64,000 bases of DNA. It comes from Candidatus Binatia bacterium (GTDB taxonomy: Bacteria > Desulfobacterota > Binatia > HRBIN30). The stretch is taken from assembly GCA_038245295.1 (NCBI GenBank), contig JBBRSP010000014.1, forward strand, positions 1 to 64,000, read 5' to 3'. How positions within the stretch are numbered: position 1 is the stretch's first letter; each line of letters begins with the position of its first letter. Made by a program: the position numbers and the translations under genes. Of this stretch, positions 28,464 to 38,395 are shown piece by piece. Under the pieces are notes generated by a model. That model saw nothing but the letters and a program-made list of their open reading frames with translations. It did no database searches and had not been told where the DNA came from.

Positions 28464-31400
28464 GGCTGAAAATGATATCCCAGGTCCACAGTCCCCGTGT
28501 CCAAGCCGCGATCCGTGCGGGTCGATGTTCCCTGCAGACCGGCAGCGATGACATCGATACCGCCGGCATCTACGGCCGGACTCTGCGGAGTCTGCCCGGC
28601 CGCCACCTGTCTCAAATGGAAATCTCCTGTGCCCGGCGTGCCGCACGCACCGCTCAGCGGTGCGACGAATTGCGGGTTGTCGAGAATGTCGTGGGCGCCG
28701 AGCGGCGCCGCATAGCGGTCCAGACTCAAGTTGTAGTCGCCCACATATCCGGCCTCGGATTCACGATTTACTTGAATGCCGGCGGTGCCGTTGCCCTGCA
28801 AGATGTTGCGCATCACCGTCGCTCCCGGCGAAGCGGGATTGAGCCGGGTGCCGCGCACAAAAATGCCGCGATCGACATTGCCGACAACGGTGTTGTTGAG
28901 CACCTGGACACCCATGGAGCCGATCTCTTCGGTGCCGATCAACACACCGGTCGAACAGTTTCCGTAGAGTAGATTGTTCCAGATCGTCGCGCCGGGAGCA
29001 TCCACAAGGGTGACACCGTCACCGTTATTGCCAAACAACTCCGAACGGCTCACAGCGACATTGGCCGTGCTCGCCACCTGGGCGCCGTTCTGCCCGTTGT
29101 GAAAGATTCGACTGTCGCTAATCGTCGCCCGGGTCATCAGCGTGGAGCTCATGCCGTTGCCGATCGAGTCGCGCACCGTCGTCTTGGCGACGTCGATGCT
29201 ACCGCATGCCGTCGACACGCCGCCGGCGACATGCCCGCACGCACTCCGCACTCCATCCTCGCCACTGCCGGTGATCAAGCCACTCATCAATCGCACCGCA
29301 CTGGCAGTGGCGCTGATACCGCTGCGGCCATTGTTGCGCGCCCGGACTCTTTGGACATTGGCATCCGCGACCTCGGCGAGCAAAACGCCGACATCGTGAT
29401 TGGAATCGATCAACACGTCATCCAGTTGGAGTGACTGCGTAGTCAGCACCGATACCCCGTCCTTGCCGTTGCGCAGGACCCCTCCCCCGGTGATCGACAC
29501 GGGAGATGCCGATGTCGCAACGACTCCCCCGGCGTGATTGTCGCGCACGTTGGTCTGTTCGAGGGTCAGCGATGCAAGGTTTTGACGAATCCCCGCATCG
29601 TCGTTCTCACACACCGTCGACCCCGTCAGGTGAATCGCAGCCGCATCGCCACGCACGCCAATTCCTTGCGTCCGGCAGATACTCGACCCCTCAATCGTTG
29701 CGTTCGCCGGGTCACTACTGGTCGCGTCAACCAGGGCTTCCAGACCAACACGGGTGTTGCGATCGAGACGCGAGCCGATGACATTGAGAGAAGCGGAGAC
29801 GACCTGCACACCGGCGTCGACATTCAGCGCAACCGTACTGTCCTTGATGATCGTCAGCCCGCCGCCGGAGGCGCGCACACCGCCGCTACCGCTGCCGCTG
29901 ACGCGCGATTGCTCCACCGAGACCGTGCCGCCCTGGGTCATCACGCCGGCGCCGCTGTTGCCCTGCAGCGTCGTACGTTGGATCGAGACCACGCCGGTGT
30001 TGCGAGAGGCGGTAACCCCGTTCCCTTGATTCTCCGAAATCTCGCTGTCGGTGATGCTGGCGCTCGTTCCGTTGGCGATTTGCACCCCGGTGTCGAAGTT
30101 ACCGGTGATCACACCCGACGTCAGGCTGAAGGCCTGCTGGCCGCTGGCGCTGATCCCCTTCTTGCTGTTTTGTGTCACCGTCACACGCACGAGCGCCGCG
30201 CTTCCGTTGGCCTGACGGATCCCGTCGTTCTCGTTGCGGCACACGGTTACATCGGTGAGCACCGCCGCACTATCCTGCAAACGGACACCAACCGCCGGGT
30301 TGTCGCAAACCGTCGTGCGCGACAGGCGGGTCGTAGCGCCGCCAATGACCAGCACGCCGGTATCCTGGTTGTGATCGATCATGCCGTCTTGGATATCGAG
30401 CAGCGTCGCGTTGACACTCGAGATACCTTTTTGGGCGTTGCCACGCACCGTCGGCCGCGCCAACTGGGCCGAGGATCCGTCCTGGCGGAACCCTTCGACG
30501 GTGTTCTCACACAGCAGAAGATCGTTGGCGGCAAGCGTTGAATCTTGAACCCGCAATCCCGCCGCGCCATTGCGACACAACTCCGTCATGGATGCGGTCA
30601 TACTCGACGAGGCCGCCTGGACCCCGTTGCCGACATTCGCGTCCACCTTGCTGCCTTGCAGGTTAAAAGTCGCCAGCATCGCGACGCCTATGCCGTCCTT
30701 GCCATTGCCGCTGATCTCGGAGCCGACGATAGAGAGCTGCCCCTCGCTCTGAGTCAGCCCTTCGCCGGTGTTGTCGCACAACAGAACCTGGCTGAGATTG
30801 ATCTGGGCGCGATCGCCGGTCATGCCCGCGTCGCCATTGTGGCACAGGGTTCCGCCCGACACGTTGGCCGTCGCGCGTTGTGCCCACACACCCGAGGCTT
30901 GGTTCCCAGAGATGTCGACGCCGGTGAGCTGTACCTGGCTCGTATTCGGCGTCGCGGAAATCAGGACCTGGAGCCCATCGCGCTGATTGACCGCGATGCG
31001 GCCCCCGGTCACCGTGACGGCGCTATCGAAAATTCGCATGCCGCCGCCCGCGTTGTCGTGCACATTGTCGCGTGTATGCGACGCGGAAGCACTATTGACG
31101 AACCGAACTCCGGCGGCGCCGTTGCCGGTGAGCTCGGAATCGGTCGAACGTAACATCGAACCGTCGATCAGGGCGCCTTCGGCCAGCGAGCCCCGGATGT
31201 GGCTGCGCGTAAGCACAACCGTCGCTCCCTCTGTCGCCCAAAGCCCCTGATCAGGCGCGCCATCGATGACGGAATCAACGAGTTGCAGTGAACTGACGCC
31301 GCTGACCTGCGCGCCGCGCGATGTACTGGCATTGATTGTGACGTGATCGGCGGTCGCTTCGCCACCACCGTTCACATAGATGCCGCGGCGCGCGCCGCTA

Positions 31401-32887
31401 ATCTCGAGGTTGCGCAACGTCACCCCTTTGGCTGCGTTGCGGACCTCGATCGCGGCGTCGCCGCCGCCCAGGATCGAGAAATTTTCGACCAACACATCGG
31501 ATCGTGTCGACAGCAGAAGCCCGCGCTGCAGACTGCGGGCGTCAATGACTGGCTTGCCCTCGCCATGCAGGACGAGCGGACGGCGTGGCTCACCCGAAGC
31601 CGGAAAGCCGATTCCTCCTTCGGGATACGTCCCCGGCAGGACAACGATGCGAGCCCCTTCTTTTGCCTGTACGAGGGCCGCGCCAATGGTCTTGAACGCC
31701 AGGCTCGCGGTGGAGCCGTCGTTGTTGTCGTTGCCGTCGGCGGCACTGACGAACACATCGCGACTGCGGATCGAGCCTGCCGGGTTCGTCGGTGCCTTTC
31801 CGAAGTACCCATAGTGATACCCGGCATCGACCCACGATCGATCACTGCGCCCGTCGGTCCGCGTGCTGGCGCGGCCAAAGCCGATGGCGCGGGCCCGATC
31901 CGTGCCGGCGTCGACGGCCGGGCTATCAAACGCCTGGCCCGCATTGACCTGGGATAGTTGAAAGCGATCGTCGGCATACGCGGCGCCACCAAGTTGACCG
32001 TCGGCGCCAGCCGGGTCGACGAACTGGGGGTCGGTGACGACGTCGGTCGCGTCAATCGGTGTGCTCGAGGCGAAACGATCGGCGGTAATATTTCCGCCGC
32101 TGACGTATCCGGATCGCGACGATGCGTTCACCTGGATACCCACCGGAGTGCCGTTCGAGGTCACGTTACCGCTCAGCGCGTTGTTGATGATCAAACCATC
32201 CGCCGACCCAACCGTGGTCCCCGAGACGAAGATGCCGCGATTTCCGTTGCGGAACACCGTATTGTTGACGACGCTGAATCGCGGCGATCCACCAACACTG
32301 CCGGTAATCAGAACGCCGCTGCCGCCGTTGGCATAGGCGAGGTTATTGAACACAGTCACGTCTTCGCTGTCCTGAACGTAGATGCCGTTGCTACCGCAGC
32401 GCGACACCCGGTTGTTCGAGACGACGGCGCGATGCGCCTGGCTCTTCACATAGATCCCGACGCTGCTGCCATAGATGACAAAGCCGTCGACCGTGAAGGC
32501 GAGGTTATGATTGAGCTCGATGCCGCTGCCGAAGCCGGTCGCGTCGAGCACGACATCTCCCGCGGAAACGCCGAACTCGATACCCTGCCGGTCGGCGATA
32601 AGGGCGATGCGGGCGAAACCCTGGGGCCGAATATCGCCCTCGTGGTAGATTCCCGGTGCGACCACGATGCGGTCGTCGGCCCGCGCCTGTTGCGCCGCGA
32701 ACCCAACGGTGCGCAGCGCCGCGGTTGGCGACTGGCCGCTGTTCGAGTCAGCTCCGGAGGGGCGGACGTACCATGTCGTGGCTCCGGCGCTGGTCGTGTT
32801 GGCGCACAGGCAGGCCACGGCGAGGAGCGCCCAGCACAGATGGCGCGGCCCTCGCGCGCCGGCACCCTGCCACCAAGCGCTCTGCAC
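28460..32887 (-). CDS. Very large secreted right-handed beta-helix (pectin-lyase fold) protein with two modules
   Basis: Signal-peptide-like LCWALLAVACLCA; two DUF1565-like starts (YVRPSGADSNSG and FVSAADGNDNNDG); many N-xx-G-I rungs; start moved to GTG 32887 to clear the DUF5989 gene. Confidence 0.85.
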   Translation of the reverse strand: MQSAWWQGAGARGPRHLCWALLAVACLCANTTSAGATTWYVRPSGADSNSGQSPTAALRTVGFAAQQARADDRIVVAPGIYHEGDIRPQGFARIALIADRQGIEFGVSAGDVVLDATGFGSGIELNHNLAFTVDGFVIYGSSVGIYVKSQAHRAVVSNNRVSRCGSNGIYVQDSEDVTVFNNLAYANGGSGVLITGSVGGSPRFSVVNNTVFRNGNRGIFVSGTTVGSADGLIINNALSGNVTSNGTPVGIQVNASSRSGYVSGGNITADRFASSTPIDATDVVTDPQFVDPAGADGQLGGAAYADDRFQLSQVNAGQAFDSPAVDAGTDRARAIGFGRASTRTDGRSDRSWVDAGYHYGYFGKAPTNPAGSIRSRDVFVSAADGNDNNDGSTASLAFKTIGAALVQAKEGARIVVLPGTYPEGGIGFPASGEPRRPLVLHGEGKPVIDARSLQRGLLLSTRSDVLVENFSILGGGDAAIEVRNAAKGVTLRNLEISGARRGIYVNGGGEATADHVTINASTSRGAQVSGVSSLQLVDSVIDGAPDQGLWATEGATVVLTRSHIRGSLAEGALIDGSMLRSTDSELTGNGAAGVRFVNSASASHTRDNVHDNAGGGMRIFDSAVTVTGGRIAVNQRDGLQVLISATPNTSQVQLTGVDISGNQASGVWAQRATANVSGGTLCHNGDAGMTGDRAQINLSQVLLCDNTGEGLTQSEGQLSIVGSEISGNGKDGIGVAMLATFNLQGSKVDANVGNGVQAASSSMTASMTELCRNGAAGLRVQDSTLAANDLLLCENTVEGFRQDGSSAQLARPTVRGNAQKGISSVNATLLDIQDGMIDHNQDTGVLVIGGATTRLSRTTVCDNPAVGVRLQDSAAVLTDVTVCRNENDGIRQANGSAALVRVTVTQNSKKGISASGQQAFSLTSGVITGNFDTGVQIANGTSASITDSEISENQGNGVTASRNTGVVSIQRTTLQGNSGAGVMTQGGTVSVEQSRVSGSGSGGVRASGGGLTIIKDSTVALNVDAGVQVVSASLNVIGSRLDRNTRVGLEALVDATSSDPANATIEGSSICRTQGIGVRGDAAAIHLTGSTVCENDDAGIRQNLASLTLEQTNVRDNHAGGVVATSASPVSITGGGVLRNGKDGVSVLTTQSLQLDDVLIDSNHDVGVLLAEVADANVQRVRARNNGRSGISATASAVRLMSGLITGSGEDGVRSACGHVAGGVSTACGSIDVAKTTVRDSIGNGMSSTLMTRATISDSRIFHNGQNGAQVASTANVAVSRSELFGNNGDGVTLVDAPGATIWNNLLYGNCSTGVLIGTEEIGSMGVQVLNNTVVGNVDRGIFVRGTRLNPASPGATVMRNILQGNGTAGIQVNRESEAGYVGDYNLSLDRYAAPLGAHDILDNPQFVAPLSGACGTPGTGDFHLRQVAAGQTPQSPAVDAGGIDVIAAGLQGTSTRTDRGLDTGTVDLGYHFQP

Positions 32888-32894
32888 GCGCGCC

Positions 32895-33074
32895 TCAGAA
32901 CAACGTGTAGATGAACGGTCCGAGGGCAGTTCCACCAGCAGTTACCATCAGCCCCCCGAACACGAGAAGGACAAGTACCATCGGAATGAGCCACCACATC
33001 TTGCGTTGCCACAAGAAGCTCATCAATTCTCCGGCGATCCCCGCTCGTTGCCGCACGCTCTCCGTCGTCTTCAT
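32895..33074 (-). CDS. DUF5989-family small membrane protein (59 aa, absent from the ORF track)
   Basis: MKTTESVRQRAGIAGELMSFLWQRKMWWLIPMVLVLLVFGGLMVTAGGTALGPFIYTLF*; AGGAG RBS; characteristic WWLxP and PFIYTLF. Confidence 0.88.
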   Translation of the reverse strand: MKTTESVRQRAGIAGELMSFLWQRKMWWLIPMVLVLLVFGGLMVTAGGTALGPFIYTLF

Positions 33075-33084
33075 GCCTCACTCC

Positions 33085-34275
33085 TTAGGGACGCACCGGC
33101 AACAACCGGTTACGTTCCAGAAAGTCCCTCAAATTAACCGCCGCCAAACGGTGTCCCGCTACCGTCCAATGGCCGTCATGCCGGAAGTGCAACGGCTCCT
33201 GGACGCTCTGCGCCTGCATCTTGAAGATCGGCCCGTACGCCAGGAACGGCACCGCATGATCGGTGCACCACTGCTGCACTCGCTTGTGCGGCGCCTCGAC
33301 GTCCCACGTCTGCCCCTGCATTGCCGGATTCGACTTCAAAATCTCTTGCCATGTATCGGGGTACACCTGATCTCGACTCGACAATATTGCAAGCGCGAAA
33401 GTTGCGCCCGAAGCGGTCACTTCTTGCTGCAACTGGCCCAACATCTTCTCGGTGTGGACCCAGGCGTCCTGCCATTCCGCATCGAGGCTGGGGGCGTAGA
33501 CCCCGTAGTCGGCGGGTACGCCGCCATGGCTCACCGTCGCATGCACGGCATCGCCTTTGAGGAGACCAAGGCGAACCAACTGGGCCGCAAGCTTGGGCTG
33601 CCGCACGATCAGGAACTGACGCAGAAACTGATAGGCGCGCGATCGCGCGATCAGACCGCGCCAGCCCGTGACCTTCGTATCCTTCTTCAACGACACAACT
33701 TTGATGATCGAACCGTCCGGCGCGTACTCGGGCCGCAACGTGTCTTCCAGGGTGGGCGAGTTGTTCTTGATGTCGTTGCCCGGATAGAACGCCAGGATCA
33801 CAAGATTGGGGCGATAGCGCAGCCCCTTGTCGCGAAACATCAACAACGCACCGGCCGTGCCATACCCACTGACGCCGGCGCTCAACACTTCGACGTGTTG
33901 CGGTCGCGGCGTCAAATCGAGCAGGTCTTCCAACTGACGCGGAAAGGTCGCCATCAACGGTACCTGCATTGCCTCGACGAAGGAATCGCCGAGGACGAGG
34001 ATGCGAAACGTCCCGTCCGGTTTGTCGTACGCATGCTCGACGTCACGCAGTCCATGCGTATTGACTTGAACCGGAGTGACGAACTCGCGGTCCTCCTGTG
34101 TCCAGTACCCTTCCTTGCTCGGGATGAGTCGCGAGCCGCGCAACGGATCAGGCTCCCAGAAGCGATCTGGAACGAGGTGCAGAACGCGCACGCCGACTTC
34201 AAGCAGCGCGAGGGGGAACAGCACTCCCATGGTGGCGAGCACAAGGCCCGCAACGAGTTCACGCCAACGCTTCAT
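33085..34275 (-). CDS. Membrane-anchored SGNH/GDSL-family protein
   Basis: N-terminal TM; LGDSF, GVSGYGT, GND and DGHW blocks. Confidence 0.88.
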   Translation of the reverse strand: MKRWRELVAGLVLATMGVLFPLALLEVGVRVLHLVPDRFWEPDPLRGSRLIPSKEGYWTQEDREFVTPVQVNTHGLRDVEHAYDKPDGTFRILVLGDSFVEAMQVPLMATFPRQLEDLLDLTPRPQHVEVLSAGVSGYGTAGALLMFRDKGLRYRPNLVILAFYPGNDIKNNSPTLEDTLRPEYAPDGSIIKVVSLKKDTKVTGWRGLIARSRAYQFLRQFLIVRQPKLAAQLVRLGLLKGDAVHATVSHGGVPADYGVYAPSLDAEWQDAWVHTEKMLGQLQQEVTASGATFALAILSSRDQVYPDTWQEILKSNPAMQGQTWDVEAPHKRVQQWCTDHAVPFLAYGPIFKMQAQSVQEPLHFRHDGHWTVAGHRLAAVNLRDFLERNRLLPVRP

Positions 34276-36053
34276 GTCGGCTTGCGAACGATCGTGTTGC
34301 CAAGGAGGAGCGCGTCCATCCCGCTGCGGGCGAAGGTGCTGAACGCGTCGGCCGGCGTCGTCACGATGGCCTCGCCCTTCAGGTTGAACGAGGTGTTCAT
34401 GACACACGGTACGCCGCTCGATTGGCCAAACCGCTCGATCATCTTGTAATACAGCGGGCTCTCCGCCTTATGCACCGTTTGCAACCGCGCTGAGTTGTCG
34501 ACGTGGGTGATCGCCGGCAGTACTTCGCCCTGCCCCGGCTTTACCGGGACGACGAACAGCATGTAGCGGGCTGGGTAGTGCTTCGCCGCGTCGGGCAGAT
34601 CGAAGTAGCGTTCGGCTGCTTCCGCCAGGACCGACGGCGCGAACGGACGAAACGGCTCGCGGAACTTGATCTTGACGTTGACGATCTCCTTCATGTCGGC
34701 ACGCCGTGGATCGGCGATGATGCTGCGCGCGCCCAGGGCTCGCGGGCCCCATTCGAAACGCCCTTGAAACCACCCCAGCACATGGCCTTTGCCGAGATGC
34801 TCGACGACGGCGTCGACCATGTCGTCTTCGCTCGAGTATGTTTGCGCCGGCATGCCACAGGTGCGCGCGAAGTCGGCCGTCTCACCTTCGGTGAAATCCT
34901 GCCCCCAATAGGCGTGCTTCATGATGAAATTACGCGGCTTACCGAGGACCAGGTGATACGCATAGAGGGCCGCGCCGAGAGCTCCACCGCCGTCACCGGC
35001 AGCCGGCTGCACGAACACTTCCTTCATCGGTGTTTCGCGGATGATACGCCCGTTGGCGACACTATTGAGGGCCACACCGCCGGCGAGACAGATCTTGTCG
35101 AGACCCGTCTCCTTGTGGAGATGGCGCACCATCGTCAGAACGATCTCCTCGGTGACCTTCTGGATGCTGGCGGCGATATCGGCGTAGTGCTGATTGCGCG
35201 CACACATTTCCTCGTAGTTCGACGGCTTGTCGCCGAAGTACGATGGGTAACCGGAGGTTTTGGTAAAGAAGAGCCACGATGGATCGCGCGGTTCGCCGAA
35301 CAACTCGACGAACTTCGGCTTGTAGGTCTGGGTCGAGGAGTGATGGAAGCAGAAATAGTCCATGTCGAGCCAGAAACTGCCGTCCGGCTCGACGTGGATC
35401 AGCTTGTAGACCTTGTCCATGTACTTGGGCTCGCCGTAAGGAGCCATGCCCATGACCTTGTACTCACCCTCGTTCACCTCGAACCCGAGGAACGCGGTAA
35501 AGGCGCTGTAGAGCAACCCGATCGAATGGGGGAAACGAATCTCGTTGGTCAGCTTGATCTCGTTACCGCGGCCCACGCCCATCGTCGCGGTTGACCATTC
35601 GCCGACACCATCGACGGTCAGAATCGCTGATTCCTCGAAGGGTGAGCAAAAAAACGTACTGCAGGCATGCGACAGATGGTGTTCGCTGAACAGGATCTTG
35701 TCGGCCGAGATGCCGAGCTCGGAGCGGATGATGTTCTTGACCCAAAGCTTGTCGAGAAACCAGGTCGTCATGGCGTCGCCGAACACCTTCCATGACTTCG
35801 GCACGACTTGCAGGGCCGTCGTCAGGATGCGTTCGAACTTCACGAAGGGTTTCTCGTAGAACACGACGTAATCGAGATCGTTGATACCGATCCCGGCGCG
35901 GTCGAGGCAGAACTGAATCGCCAGCTTCGGGAACCCGGAGTCGTGTTTGTTACGGCTGAAGCGCTCCTCTTCCGACGCCGCAACGAGGACGCCGTCTTCG
36001 ATCAACGCCGCCGCCGCATCGTGGTAAAAGCAGGAAATTCCCAAAATCCGCAT
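34272..36053 (-). CDS. O-carbamoyltransferase (NodU/CmcH/TobZ family)
   Basis: YHDAAA, EEERFSR, HHLSHA, DGVGE, GEYKVMG, EWGPRALG, KFREPFRPFAP and NTSFN motifs. Confidence 0.95.
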   Translation of the reverse strand: MRILGISCFYHDAAAALIEDGVLVAASEEERFSRNKHDSGFPKLAIQFCLDRAGIGINDLDYVVFYEKPFVKFERILTTALQVVPKSWKVFGDAMTTWFLDKLWVKNIIRSELGISADKILFSEHHLSHACSTFFCSPFEESAILTVDGVGEWSTATMGVGRGNEIKLTNEIRFPHSIGLLYSAFTAFLGFEVNEGEYKVMGMAPYGEPKYMDKVYKLIHVEPDGSFWLDMDYFCFHHSSTQTYKPKFVELFGEPRDPSWLFFTKTSGYPSYFGDKPSNYEEMCARNQHYADIAASIQKVTEEIVLTMVRHLHKETGLDKICLAGGVALNSVANGRIIRETPMKEVFVQPAAGDGGGALGAALYAYHLVLGKPRNFIMKHAYWGQDFTEGETADFARTCGMPAQTYSSEDDMVDAVVEHLGKGHVLGWFQGRFEWGPRALGARSIIADPRRADMKEIVNVKIKFREPFRPFAPSVLAEAAERYFDLPDAAKHYPARYMLFVVPVKPGQGEVLPAITHVDNSARLQTVHKAESPLYYKMIERFGQSSGVPCVMNTSFNLKGEAIVTTPADAFSTFARSGMDALLLGNTIVRKPT

Positions 36054-36057
36054 AACG

Positions 36058-37278
36058 TCAGTGTCCTTTACTCAACGAAGTGTACAACTCGGCAAACGAG
36101 GTAGTGTGTCGGGTCAGAGAGAACTGGTCGCGAGCCCAGGCCTGGGCTCGTTGCCCCATTGAGACGCGGAGCGTCGGATCCTGCAGTAGCGTTTGCAGTC
36201 GCTGCGCCAGCGTTGCCGCATCCCCGGGTTCCGTGAGGAAACCCGTCTGGCCGTCTTGAATCAGCTCCGGGACGCCGCCGGCGTTGGTCGCCACGACCGG
36301 CTTGGCCAGCAGCATGCCCTCGAGGATGACGCGGCCGAACGCCTCCGGCCGTACCGACGTGTGCACTACGACGTCGAGCGCGTTCATGACATCGGCAATG
36401 TCGGAACGAAATCCGGTTGTCATTACATGGTCCGTCAGACGCAATTCAGCGATCCGTTCCTGTAGCCGCTGGGCATAGTCGCCGCCAGCACGATGAACGC
36501 CGCCAATAATCAGCGCTTGGGCGTTCGGAATCGCGTCGACGACCAGGCGCATGGCTTCGACCAGCACCAGTTGCCCCTTCCATTCCTGGATGTTGCCGGC
36601 GACGCCGACCACGAGGGCCGATGGCGCGAGCTTGAGCTCGGCACGCACCGCCGCCGCGTCACTGCTCGGCCGGTATGCGGCTTCATCCAGGGCGTCGTAA
36701 ATCACCAGATTGCGACGCCCGCGCACCCCATTGGCCGCACAGTGCGCGTCGACCGCCTTGGTCATACTCACCAGCGCATCGACGGAACCGGCGGCTCGGC
36801 GCTCGCGGTCGCTGTATTTCTCGAAGCCTTTCACGTGGCAAACGCACGGCGTTCGGGTAAGACGGCAGGCCAGAAAGCCATCGAAGTTGGCGCGTAACCC
36901 ATTGCCGAGATGGACCACATCGGCGCCCGAGGCGCGAATCACGCGTGCCAACCGAAGGGCCGCGGGAAGCTCTTCCATCAGCAATCGCGCACTCTGGCGC
37001 GCCAAACGCAGCGTCTGCCGAACCAGACCGACCGAGCGCGCCCGATGATACCCATCATAGTGCAGCAGCGCGTGTTCCTTCGGCAACTTGCGCCGCGACA
37101 CGTGGTACACGGCGACACCGCGCGCGGCGAGATCCGCTTCGATCCCCTTGGTTTCGTAGAGCACAATCGCCGCGGCAATTCGCTGCGCATCGAGGCCGTA
37201 GATCTCGTGCAGCAAGCCGGTGAGTGATCCACCAACGACGCCGCCACTCGATGCCTCGACGAAGAGTACACGGATCAT
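36058..37278 (-). CDS. Glycosyltransferase family 4
   Basis: WKGQ, TGFRSD and EAFGRVILEGM motifs. Confidence 0.9.
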   Translation of the reverse strand: MIRVLFVEASSGGVVGGSLTGLLHEIYGLDAQRIAAAIVLYETKGIEADLAARGVAVYHVSRRKLPKEHALLHYDGYHRARSVGLVRQTLRLARQSARLLMEELPAALRLARVIRASGADVVHLGNGLRANFDGFLACRLTRTPCVCHVKGFEKYSDRERRAAGSVDALVSMTKAVDAHCAANGVRGRRNLVIYDALDEAAYRPSSDAAAVRAELKLAPSALVVGVAGNIQEWKGQLVLVEAMRLVVDAIPNAQALIIGGVHRAGGDYAQRLQERIAELRLTDHVMTTGFRSDIADVMNALDVVVHTSVRPEAFGRVILEGMLLAKPVVATNAGGVPELIQDGQTGFLTEPGDAATLAQRLQTLLQDPTLRVSMGQRAQAWARDQFSLTRHTTSFAELYTSLSKGH

Positions 37279-37285
37279 GCCCTCG

Positions 37286-38395
37286 TCAGCTCCGCTGCAG
37301 CGCCGGTTCGGCGTGCCGGTTCAAGAGATCACCCACCATCGCTACGGCTCGATCACAGGTGACATCCTCAGAGAGAACAAGCTCGAAACTAGGTACCGCC
37401 GAAGCCAACTCGTCGAGCTGTGTCTCACGCTGCAACATCAGGCCGCTCGGTAGCAGTTGTTCGAGCACCGCGGCGTAAGCGAAATAGCGGCGCAAGTCAT
37501 TGATCAACAGGTCGCCTGAACTGAGGCGATGGCGTGCTTCCCTATCATCGAGTTGGCGCACCATGCTCGGCGCTCCGCGTCGCGGAAAGAGCAACAATGC
37601 CGCGCGACCGCGATCGGCGAGATGTGACGGAGCAACGCGGTAACCGCCACGATGCAAGCCATAGGAATGCGGAATCGCCTCCAGTACCCCGGCCCGCGTA
37701 CCGAGCCAGTCCTGACTGAAGCGATCGAGAAGAATCGGTTCGTGAACCGCCCAGACCTGTGTCGCGTGGTGGAGCACGAAACTGTCCGACAACAGTCGCG
37801 CCCCTTTTTCGGCGCCGAGAGCCACCGTCAGGGTGGACTTGCCGATGCCGCTTGCTCCGGCCAACAGCACCACCTGATCATTCATCAGCGCCGCACCGGC
37901 ATGCAGCGGATGGCGCCCCTGCATGTGTTCGAGCCACCACCAGCACGGGTAGTAGACCAGATAGGCAAGGATCGTCGGGAAGCGGCGGCGGCGCATTACG
38001 TCGCGACGCTGCCACTGGCGCACGCGGCGGATCGTGTCACTCAGACGACTGTTGCCGAGGCGGAAATAGAAGTCGGCTTCGATCTCGAGACGCGCGCCAT
38101 CCCAGGTCAGGCGCAGGAACAGATCGCGCAGGTCGTCGACCCGAAACCAGTGCAGGGTGTTGCCGTAGTGATACAGATCGCGATCGATGCGCAACGCCGC
38201 CGGCGCCACCTTGCGGATCGATTCCGGCGGCTGCCCGTCGTGCCAGCGCAGGCGCGCACAGATCGTTGGGGTCTCCGGTACCTCGGACAACAGGGGCGCG
38301 AGGTGCGACCTGGAATACTCCGTCAGGTCATCGGCATCCGACTCGAAGAGAAACGGAACGCCCGCCAACGTGCCGGTGACCGGCTTACGGCTCAT
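37286..38395 (-). CDS. HPr-kinase-like P-loop protein of unknown function
   Basis: LHAGAA..VLLAGASGIGKSTL..LLSD. Confidence 0.65.
   Translation of the reverse strand: MSRKPVTGTLAGVPFLFESDADDLTEYSRSHLAPLLSEVPETPTICARLRWHDGQPPESIRKVAPAALRIDRDLYHYGNTLHWFRVDDLRDLFLRLTWDGARLEIEADFYFRLGNSRLSDTIRRVRQWQRRDVMRRRRFPTILAYLVYYPCWWWLEHMQGRHPLHAGAALMNDQVVLLAGASGIGKSTLTVALGAEKGARLLSDSFVLHHATQVWAVHEPILLDRFSQDWLGTRAGVLEAIPHSYGLHRGGYRVAPSHLADRGRAALLLFPRRGAPSMVRQLDDREARHRLSSGDLLINDLRRYFAYAAVLEQLLPSGLMLQRETQLDELASAVPSFELVLSEDVTCDRAVAMVGDLLNRHAEPALQRS

Noticed and set aside
32911..34449. 512-aa plus-strand ORF, and similar long antisense ORFs (151-1629, 3875-5182, 51063-52475)
   Set aside because: Shadow ORFs opposite well-supported genes in high-GC DNA, with no recognisable motifs.
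32895..36053. Saxitoxin or other secondary-metabolite cluster
   Set aside because: Only the generic carbamoyltransferase module is shared; no sxtA-like, amidinotransferase, PKS or NRPS genes.
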